Source: Verrucomicrobiota bacterium
Lineage (GTDB): Bacteria > Verrucomicrobiota > Verrucomicrobiia > Limisphaerales > JAFGQR01
Assembly: GCA_016935555.1 (NCBI GenBank)
Contig: JAFGQR010000096.1
Span: 36,551-100,550, forward strand
Reading direction: 5' to 3'
DNA length: 64,000 nt
Position numbers and translations under genes: made by a program. This document shows positions 19,361 to 26,694 of the stretch, in pieces (the stretch's first letter is position 1; every line of letters starts with the position of its first letter). Below the pieces are notes generated by a model, which made no database searches, was not told the DNA's origin, and saw nothing but the letters and a program-made list of their open reading frames with translations.

Positions 19361-19778
19361 CGAGCCATTTTGACATGTCCTCGACCTGGTTGAAAAGCGT
19401 GCTGGTGACGTAAACCGGCTTTTTCTGGGCCGTCGCCAGCGCCAGGCAGTCGCTCGGACGCGCGTCGATCTCGACCAGCTTCTCGCCCAGCTCGTTTTCC
19501 TGCTTCAAAATCAGGCGCGCAAAGTAGGTGCCGTTCCGCAACTCCGTGATCACCACCCGCTCCACCGAAATGCCAAATCCCTTGAACACGCTGTTCATCA
19601 AATCGTGCGTCAACGGCCGCTCCTTCGGCGTGTCCCGCAGAAACATCCCAATGATCGCCCCCATGTTGTGTTCGACTTGGATCACGAACACCTTGTCGTC
19701 GTTCCCCACAAAAATGGCAGCGCCGCTGTTCGCCGGCAAAATGCCCCGAATCTCAATCGGCACAACGTCGTTCTTCAT
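19323..19778 (-). CDS. bifunctional nuclease family protein (DUF151/BFN)
   Basis: IFVGNDDKVFVIQVEHNMGAII....RPLTHDLM....ITELRNGTYFARL....IDARPSDCLALA is a characteristic BFN core. Internal ATG at 19778. Confidence 0.85.
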   Translation of the reverse strand: MKNDVVPIEIRGILPANSGAAIFVGNDDKVFVIQVEHNMGAIIGMFLRDTPKERPLTHDLMNSVFKGFGISVERVVITELRNGTYFARLILKQENELGEKLVEIDARPSDCLALATAQKKPVYVTSTLFNQVEDMSKWLDEINETGSSEAE

Positions 19779-19951
19779 GGAAACAGTATATTCCCGCGCG
19801 TCAAAAACACAAGACCCCAAGCCGCGCCATCCAATGCCCCGGGGCACCCCCGATCGTGCCCCGGGGATTCCCTGAAGTAAAATAAAAACAGGATGGAAAA
19901 CGCGCGCGCCCGGGGCTTGCTCCCGACCGCGCGTGGCCTACACTGGACGCC

Positions 19952-20923
19952 ATGAACATCAGACGGCTTTGGATCCGGGGAGGCATCGGCTGCGGCGCGG
20001 TGGCAGTGGCGCTCCTGAACAGCGGATGTTCCATCGAGCGCATGGCGATCAACAGGGTCGGCGACGCCCTCGCGCGCGGCGGCAGCACGTTCAGCTCGGA
20101 CAACGACCCGGAGCTGATCCGTCAGGCGGTGCCGTTCAGCCTGAAGCTGATGGAGAGCCTGCTCGCCGAAAACCCGCGGCACGAAGGCCTGCTGCTCGCA
20201 GCCGCCCAGGGCTACACCCAATACGCCTACGCCTTCCTCCAACTCGAGGCGGATGTCGTCGAAGAGGAGAACTTCACCCTCGCCGAACGCATGCGCGAAC
20301 GCGCCCGCAACCTGTATTTGCGGGCGCGCGATTACGGCGTGCGCGGCCTGGAGGCGCGGCACCCGGGGTTCGGCGCCATGGTCCGCCAACACCCGCAGGC
20401 GGCCGTCCAGGTCGGCGTCGCCCGGGATGTGCCGCTGCTTTATTGGACCGCGGCAGCCTGGGGCTCGGCCATCGCCGTCTCGAAAGATGTCCCGGATCTC
20501 ATTGCCGATCAGACCGTCGTGGGCGCCCTGATCGACCGCGCGCTCGAGTTGGACGAGGCGTTCGACGACGGCGCCATTCATGCGTTCCTGATCACGTTCG
20601 AAATGGCGCGGCAGGGCAGACCGGGCGACCCGGAGCCGCGCGCGCGCCGGCATTTCGAGCGGGCCCTGGAGCTTGCGGGCGGGCGCAAGGTCGATCCGCT
20701 GGTCACCTTTGCGGAATCCGTGGCCCTGCCCCGGCAACGGCGTGCCGAGTTCGAGGGGTTGCTGCGGCAGGCGCTCGCGGTGGATCCCGATGCCTGCCCC
20801 GAAGCACGATTGGCCAATGTGATTCAGCAGCACCGCGCCCGCTGGCTCCTGGCCCGGGCCGACGACCTGTTCCTGCAGCCTGCGTCCGCCCAGAACCCAT
20901 CCTCCCCGGGAGCGGCGCCCTGA
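19952..20923 (+). CDS. TatT-family (TRAP-T-associated TPR-like) lipoprotein
   Basis: Lipobox LLNSGC. INRVGDALARGGSTFSSDNDPELIRQAVPFSLKLMESLL resembles the TatT family N-terminus. Confidence 0.7.
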   Translation: MNIRRLWIRGGIGCGAVAVALLNSGCSIERMAINRVGDALARGGSTFSSDNDPELIRQAVPFSLKLMESLLAENPRHEGLLLAAAQGYTQYAYAFLQLEADVVEEENFTLAERMRERARNLYLRARDYGVRGLEARHPGFGAMVRQHPQAAVQVGVARDVPLLYWTAAAWGSAIAVSKDVPDLIADQTVVGALIDRALELDEAFDDGAIHAFLITFEMARQGRPGDPEPRARRHFERALELAGGRKVDPLVTFAESVALPRQRRAEFEGLLRQALAVDPDACPEARLANVIQQHRARWLLARADDLFLQPASAQNPSSPGAAP

Positions 20924-21037
20924 GGCGCCGCACTTCCCGCTTGCAGTTTTGGGTCCGGAATGGCCTTAATGCTCCACCCACCCGCGGCGGCTCGGACGGC
21001 CCGAGCCGCGGCGGCTCCGGGCGACACACGAATCACG

Positions 21038-22033
21038 ATGCGCGCTATGGATGTTTCCCACGGTTCGCCCCGGCTGCAGCCGGCGGCGTGGCTGCTCTGC
21101 GGCGTCCTCTTGGCCGGCGCCGGCTGCAACCGCTCGACACCCGAGCCTCCGGCCCCGCCCCCGGGCAAGCCGCGGATTGCGCTGATCATGAAATCGCTGG
21201 CCAACGAGTTTTTTCTCACGATGGAGAACGGCGCCAAGGATCACCAGCGGCAGAACGCGGACCGGTACGAGCTGATCGCCAACGGCATCAAGGACGAACA
21301 GGACATCAGCAAGCAGATCGACCTGGTCGAACAGATGGTCGCCCAGAAGGTCCACGCCATCGTCATTGCCCCCGCCGACTCCAAAGCCCTCGTGCCCGCC
21401 TGCAAAAAAGCCCGGAACGCCGGCATCATCGTCGTCAACATCGACAACCAGTTCGACCGGCAGGTGCTGGCCAGCAGCCGCGTGACGTTCCCCTTCGTCG
21501 GACCCGACAACCGGAAGGGTGCCAGGAAGGTCGGCGATTACCTCGCGTATCACCTCAAACCCAAGGACAAGGTCATCATCATCGAGGGCGTTCCCAATGC
21601 CTTCAACGCCATCCAGCGCAAGCTGGGCTTCGAAGACGCCATGAACGCCGCAGGCATGACCGTCGTCAGCTCCCAGTCCGGTTACTGGGAAACCGACAAG
21701 GCCAACCAGGTCGTCGCCGCGCTGATCACCGAGCACCCGGATCTCAAGGCGGTGTTGTGCTCGAACGACAGCATGGCCCTCGGCGCCGTGGCCGCCCTCC
21801 AGGCCGCCGGCAAGCTCGGCCAGGTGCTCGTCGTCGGCTACGACAATATCGGGGCCGTCCGGGCGCTGATCCGCGAAGGCAAGGTGCTGGCCACCGCCGA
21901 CCAATACGCCGGCCGCCTCGCTGTCTACGGCATCGAATACGCCCTCGACATGCTCAACACCCGAAGCGCCCCCGCCGACCGCGAAACCCCCGTGGACCTG
22001 ATCGTCAAACAACGCCTCGCCGGCACCCCGTAA
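21038..22033 (+). CDS. sugar (ribose-type) ABC transporter substrate-binding lipoprotein
   Basis: Lipobox LLAGAGC. RIALIMKSLANEFFLTMENGA, IVVNIDN and LVVGYDNI are typical of the RbsB/periplasmic-binding-protein type 1 family. Confidence 0.85.
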   Translation: MRAMDVSHGSPRLQPAAWLLCGVLLAGAGCNRSTPEPPAPPPGKPRIALIMKSLANEFFLTMENGAKDHQRQNADRYELIANGIKDEQDISKQIDLVEQMVAQKVHAIVIAPADSKALVPACKKARNAGIIVVNIDNQFDRQVLASSRVTFPFVGPDNRKGARKVGDYLAYHLKPKDKVIIIEGVPNAFNAIQRKLGFEDAMNAAGMTVVSSQSGYWETDKANQVVAALITEHPDLKAVLCSNDSMALGAVAALQAAGKLGQVLVVGYDNIGAVRALIREGKVLATADQYAGRLAVYGIEYALDMLNTRSAPADRETPVDLIVKQRLAGTP

Positions 22034-22046
22034 CCCCGGCGCCCCC

Positions 22047-23585
22047 ATGGCCGAAGCGACTCCTCTCCTGGCCATCACCGGGCTGTCCAAAGCCTACGCC
22101 GCCCCCGTCCTCACCGACGTGAGCCTCGACATCCTCCCCGGCGAAGTCCACGCCCTCGTCGGCGAAAACGGCGCCGGCAAAAGCACCCTCTCGCGCATCG
22201 TCGCCGGCCTGACCCCCGCCGACGCCGGCGAGCTGCGCTTGCGCGGCGCGCCCTATCGGCCGCGCGGCAAAGCCGACGCGGAACGCCACGGCATCCGGAT
22301 GGTGATGCAGGAACTCAACCTCGTGGGCACCCTCACCGTCGCCGAGAACCTCTTCCTTCCATCCCTGCCCCGCCGCTGGGGCTGCATCGATTACCCGCGC
22401 CTCCACCACCAGGCCCGGGAAGCCCTCGCCCGGGTCGGCCTCGACGACCTCAACCCGTCCCGCCCCGTCCACCGCCTCGGCGTCGGCCAGCAGCAACTGG
22501 TCGAAATCGCCGCGGGCCTGTCCCGCCGATGCGACCTGCTGATCCTCGACGAACCCACCGCCGCGCTCACGGACCCCGAAATCGAACGGCTCTTCACCCA
22601 AATCGCACGCCTCACCGCCGCCGGCACCGCCGTCCTCTACATCTCCCACCGCCTCGAGGAAATCCAACGCGTCGCCCGCCGGATCAGCATCCTGCGCGAC
22701 GGCCGCCTCGTCGCCACCCGCAACGCCCAAACCGTCCCCCTCGACGAGGTCGTCCGCCTCATGGTCGGCCGCACCCTCGAACCTGCCGCCGCCCGACAAC
22801 CGCGTTCCGCCGGACCTCCCGCCCTGCAGGTCCGCGGCCTGAACCGCGGCGCCGCGGTCCGCGACGTCAGCTTCGACGTCCGCCAGGGCGAGATCCTCGG
22901 GTTTGCCGGACTCATGGGCAGCGGGCGGACGGAAACCATGCGGGCCGTGTTCGGCGCGGACCGGGCCGACCGTGGGGCGGTGTTCCTGCGGGGATCGACG
23001 CGGCCCGCCCGCATCCGGTCGCCGCGCGACGCGGTGCGCCACGGCCTGGCGCTGCTCACGGAGAACCGCAAGGAGCAGGGCCTGCTGCTTTCGCTGTCCG
23101 TGCGCGCCAACATCACGCTGCTGTGCCTGGGCCGGCTCAGCCGCGCCGGCACCTGGATCCGCGGCCCCCGGGAACGCGATGCCGCCCGGCATTGGACCCG
23201 CGCGCTCTCGGTGCGCTGCCACTCCCTCGAGCAGCCCGTCGCCGAATTGAGCGGCGGCAACCAGCAAAAGGTGCTCATCGCCAAATGGCTCTTCCGGGAC
23301 TGCGACGTGCTGATCTTTGACGAGCCCACCCGGGGCATCGATGTCGGCGCCCGGTTCGACATCTACGCCCTGCTCGACCAGCTCGCCGCCCAAGGCAAGG
23401 CGATCGTCGTCGTCTCCTCCGACCTCAAAGAACTGCTCGCCCTCTGCGATCGCATCGCGGTGATGTCCGCCGGCCGCCTCGCCGGCACCTTCCGCCGCGG
23501 CGAGTGGACCCAGGACAACATCATGGCCGCCGCGCTCAGCGGGTACCGGGGCGCGGACGGCGTCGGAACGCCCCATGAACCGTAA
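22047..23585 (+). CDS. sugar ABC transporter ATP-binding protein (duplicated ABC domains)
   Basis: Walker A GENGAGKST, signature LGVGQQQLVEI / LSGGNQQKVLI, and Walker B LLILDEPT / VLIFDEPT. 512 aa, RbsA-like. Confidence 0.92.
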   Translation: MAEATPLLAITGLSKAYAAPVLTDVSLDILPGEVHALVGENGAGKSTLSRIVAGLTPADAGELRLRGAPYRPRGKADAERHGIRMVMQELNLVGTLTVAENLFLPSLPRRWGCIDYPRLHHQAREALARVGLDDLNPSRPVHRLGVGQQQLVEIAAGLSRRCDLLILDEPTAALTDPEIERLFTQIARLTAAGTAVLYISHRLEEIQRVARRISILRDGRLVATRNAQTVPLDEVVRLMVGRTLEPAAARQPRSAGPPALQVRGLNRGAAVRDVSFDVRQGEILGFAGLMGSGRTETMRAVFGADRADRGAVFLRGSTRPARIRSPRDAVRHGLALLTENRKEQGLLLSLSVRANITLLCLGRLSRAGTWIRGPRERDAARHWTRALSVRCHSLEQPVAELSGGNQQKVLIAKWLFRDCDVLIFDEPTRGIDVGARFDIYALLDQLAAQGKAIVVVSSDLKELLALCDRIAVMSAGRLAGTFRRGEWTQDNIMAAALSGYRGADGVGTPHEP

Positions 23586-24525
23586 GAACCTGATGGCGGA
23601 CTACGCGGGGATGATCGGCGCGCTGGCGCTGCTGATCGTCGTGTTCAGCCTCTGCACACGCCACTTCTTCAGCGCCGCCAACTTCCAGATGATCGCCAAC
23701 CAGGTGCCCGCCGCCGTGCTCGTCGCCACCGGCATGACCTATGTCCTGATCATCGCCGGCATCGACCTGTCCGTGGGATCGGTGCTGGGGTTTTGCGGGG
23801 CGGTGCTGGGTGCGGGGCTGCTGCGGTGGCACTTGCCGTTGGGGGCGGCTCTGGCGGTGGCGCTGGCGGCCGGGGTGGGCTGCGGCGCCTTCAACGGCTG
23901 GGTGTCCACCCGATGGGGACTGCCGTCGTTCATCGTCACGCTCGGCATGATGGAGATCGGCCGCGGCGGCGCCCATCTGCTGACCCAGTCGCAAACGCTC
24001 TACATCGGCGCGCCCGTCGCGTGGATCACCGAAACGTCCGTCCTGGGATTGTCCCTGCCGTTCCTGCTGGCGCTGGGCGTCGTCGTCGCCGGCCAGTTCG
24101 CGCTGTCGCGGACCGTGTTCGGCCGCTACATGGTGGCCATCGGCACCAACGAGGAAGCCGTCCGGCTTTCCGGCATCGACCCGCGTCCCATCAAGATCAC
24201 CGTGTTCGTCCTGTGCGGGGTGCTGGTGGCCCTGGCGGCCATCATCGACACCTCGCGCCTGGGCCAGGCTGCCAATCCCAATGCCGGCAACGGCTTCGAA
24301 CTGCAGGCCATCGCCGCAGCCGTCATCGGCGGCACCAGCCTGATGGGCGGACGCGGCTCGGTCGTCAGCACGTTCTTCGGCGTGCTCATCATCGCGGTTC
24401 TGAACACCGGCCTCGCCGCCGTCGGCGCCAAGGACGAAACCAAACGCCTCGTCACCGGCGCGGTCATCATCGGCGCCGTCATCCTCGACCAATACCGCCA
24501 GCGCACCCGCCCCGGCGCGGGTTGA
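23575..24525 (+). CDS. sugar ABC transporter permease (RbsC-like)
   Basis: 316 aa, polytopic. GIDLSVGS and GGTSLMGGRGSV motifs of the RbsC/AraH family. 11-nt overlap with the ATPase gene. Confidence 0.9.
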   Translation: MNRKNLMADYAGMIGALALLIVVFSLCTRHFFSAANFQMIANQVPAAVLVATGMTYVLIIAGIDLSVGSVLGFCGAVLGAGLLRWHLPLGAALAVALAAGVGCGAFNGWVSTRWGLPSFIVTLGMMEIGRGGAHLLTQSQTLYIGAPVAWITETSVLGLSLPFLLALGVVVAGQFALSRTVFGRYMVAIGTNEEAVRLSGIDPRPIKITVFVLCGVLVALAAIIDTSRLGQAANPNAGNGFELQAIAAAVIGGTSLMGGRGSVVSTFFGVLIIAVLNTGLAAVGAKDETKRLVTGAVIIGAVILDQYRQRTRPGAG

Positions 24526-24541
24526 CCTGTCGAGCATCGCA

Positions 24542-25474
24542 ATGATGGCCCCCCGACCCATCCTCGTCATTGGCAGTTCGAACACCGACATGATCGTTCA
24601 ACTGCCCCGGCTCCCCGGGCCCGGTGAAACCCTCCTCGGCGGCCGGTTCACCACCGCACCCGGCGGCAAAGGCGCCAACCAGGCCGTCGCCGCCGCCCGC
24701 GCCGGCGGCCAGGTCGTCTTCGTCGCCCGGGTCGGACGCGACGTCATGGGCGACCAGGCCGTCGCCGGATTCGCCAGGGACCGCCTTCGGATTGAACACA
24801 TCCGCCGCGATCCGGCGGCGCCCTCGGGGGTCGCGCTGATCTTCGTCGCGCGCGACGGCCAGAACAGCATCGCCGTCGCGCCAGGCGCCAACGCCGCCCT
24901 GTCGCCCGCCGACGTGCGGCGCGCCCGCGGGGCGTTCGTGCGAGCCGGCGCGTGCGTCCTGCAGCTCGAAATCCCCCTGGCCACCGTCCAGGCCGCGGCA
25001 GCCTTGGCGGCGGCGCACCGCGTGCCGGTGATCCTCAATCCCGCCCCGGCACGCCCCCTCCCGAACGACCTCCTGACGCGGATCTCCATCCTGACCCCGA
25101 ACGAAACCGAGGCGGAACGGCTGACGGGCGTCCGCGTGACCTCCGAGACGACCGCCCGGCAGGCGGCCCGAGTTTTGCGCCGACGCGGTGTCGGCACGGT
25201 CATCGTCACCCTCGGCGCCCGGGGCGCGCTGGTTTGCGGGCCGTTGGGCGAGCACCGGGTGCCGGCGTTCAAGGTCAAGGCGGTGGACACGACGGCGGCG
25301 GGGGATGTGTTCAACGGGGCGCTGGCGTGCGCCCTGGCCGAGGGCAGGGATCTCCTGGCAGCCGTCCGCTTCGCCAACGCCGCCGCCGCGCTGTCCGTCA
25401 CGCGCCTCGGCGCCCAACCCTCCGCCCCCAAACGCCGCGACATCGACGCCTTCCTGCGCCGCGCCGCCGACTGA
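24542..25474 (+). CDS. rbsK: ribokinase
   Basis: ILVIGSSNTDM, PGGKGANQAVAAARAG, and DTTAAGDVFNGALA (PfkB anion-hole/catalytic motif). Confidence 0.92.
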   Translation: MMAPRPILVIGSSNTDMIVQLPRLPGPGETLLGGRFTTAPGGKGANQAVAAARAGGQVVFVARVGRDVMGDQAVAGFARDRLRIEHIRRDPAAPSGVALIFVARDGQNSIAVAPGANAALSPADVRRARGAFVRAGACVLQLEIPLATVQAAAALAAAHRVPVILNPAPARPLPNDLLTRISILTPNETEAERLTGVRVTSETTARQAARVLRRRGVGTVIVTLGARGALVCGPLGEHRVPAFKVKAVDTTAAGDVFNGALACALAEGRDLLAAVRFANAAAALSVTRLGAQPSAPKRRDIDAFLRRAAD

Positions 25475-25572
25475 ACAGCCTGGGCCGGTGCCGCCGGCGC
25501 CCGGGGGTTCCGGCTCACGATATTTGCGGAGACGATGCTCGAGATCATTGACGGGCCCGCGATGATTTGAAC

Positions 25573-25597
25573 AAATCCGAAATCCGAAATCCGAAAC
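25573..25597. repeat. perfect heptamer tandem repeat (AAATCCG)x3 plus partial copy
   Basis: AAATCCG AAATCCG AAATCCG AAAC read directly, in the intergenic gap between rbsK and the phosphoesterase gene. Confidence 0.9.
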
Positions 25598-25667
25598 AAA
25601 ATTCAGCATTTTCCCTGAAGGGTCACAGCCCGGTTTTTCTGGACAGCGCGATCGGGGACGCCGAAAC

Positions 25668-26468
25668 ATGTCGCATGCAATGTTGGCCCGGGCGGCGGCG
25701 AATCCTGTTGTGGGCGTCACCCTTCACATCCTGAGCGACCTGCACCTCGAATTCGGCCCCGCGAACCCGGAGCCGGCCGGCGGGGATGTTGTCGTGCTGG
25801 CGGGGGATATTGCGCCCGGGCTGGCGGGGTTGGAGATGGCGGCGTGGCTGTTTCCGGGGCGGCCGGTGGTCTATGTGGCGGGGAACCACGAGTATTACGG
25901 CCAGGCGCTGCCCCAACTGACGGAGGAGCTCAAGCGGGCCGCCGAAGGCACCCGCGTGCGCTTTTTGGAAAACCGGGAAGCGGTGCTCCAGGGCGTCCGC
26001 TTCCTCGGATGCACCCTATGGACGGATTTCGGGCTGTTCGGCAAGGCGCGAGCGGAGGCGTTGCAGAGAATCGCCGGCATCCGCATGAACGATTACCGCG
26101 TGGTCAGGGACAGCCGCTCCGGAGCGTGGCTGCGTCCGGACGCGACCCGGGCGCTGCACATGGAAAGCCGGGCGTGGCTGGAGCGGGCGCTGGCGGCGCC
26201 GTTTGACGGCCCGACGGTGGTGGTCACGCACCACGCGCCCAGCATCCGCTCCATCGATTTGCCGTCCCGGGGCGACCCCATCTGGGCCGCCTACGCGAGC
26301 GATCTCGAAGCGCTCATGGGACGGGAGCGGGTGGTGCTTTGGGTGCACGGCCACACGCATTGTCCGGCCGACTACGAAGTGAGAGGCACCCGGGTGTTGA
26401 GCAACCCGCGCGGCTACCCCCATCAGTGCCCGACCGGCTTCAATCCCGGCCTGGCGGTGCAAGTGTGA
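25668..26468 (+). CDS. metallophosphoesterase (calcineurin-like)
   Basis: ILSDLHLEF, VVVLAGDI, VAGNHEYY, VVVTHHAP and VHGHTH metal-ligand motifs. Confidence 0.85.
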   Translation: MSHAMLARAAANPVVGVTLHILSDLHLEFGPANPEPAGGDVVVLAGDIAPGLAGLEMAAWLFPGRPVVYVAGNHEYYGQALPQLTEELKRAAEGTRVRFLENREAVLQGVRFLGCTLWTDFGLFGKARAEALQRIAGIRMNDYRVVRDSRSGAWLRPDATRALHMESRAWLERALAAPFDGPTVVVTHHAPSIRSIDLPSRGDPIWAAYASDLEALMGRERVVLWVHGHTHCPADYEVRGTRVLSNPRGYPHQCPTGFNPGLAVQV

Positions 26469-26512
26469 CCCCCAGACCCGGCCAGCCGGTGGTGGGGCGT
26501 GGGTTGTGGGTG

Positions 26513-26553
26513 ATTCGATATTTGGCCTTGGGCGTTGGATGTTCGGACTTCGG
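26513..26553. repeat. dispersed ~40-nt intergenic repeat, copy A (partner at 32766-32805)
   Basis: ATTCGATATTTGGCCTTGGGCGTTGGATGTTCGGACTTCGG matches 32/40 positions of copy B, and 22 of the first 24. Confidence 0.75.
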
Positions 26554-26588
26554 CCGCGCGAAGCGCGGGCGGGTTGGCGTGCGGAACG

Positions 26589-26619
26589 AACAAGCCGGGG
26601 CTTGAGGCCCCGGCTTGTT
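26589..26619. terminator. bidirectional hairpin terminator between convergent genes
   Basis: AACAAGCCGGGGC ttgag GCCCCGGCTTGTT: a perfect 13-bp stem between the phosphoesterase stop (26468) and the nrdJ stop (26695). Confidence 0.7.
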
Positions 26620-26642
26620 GGTGGGACGGCGCATGTTAGGCC

Positions 26643-26671
26643 GGCTTTCTCACCGCCCTGTGAGAAATGCA
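26643..26671. repeat. REP-like hairpin, family A (GCATTTCTCAC-CGCCCT-GTGAGAAATGC type)
   Basis: GGCTTTCTCACCGCCCTGTGAGAAATGCA: an 8-bp stem 24 nt past the nrdJ stop. Near-identical to 44341-44368. Confidence 0.75.
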
Positions 26672-26694
26672 CGAGCCGTGCGCCCCGGAGCGGA

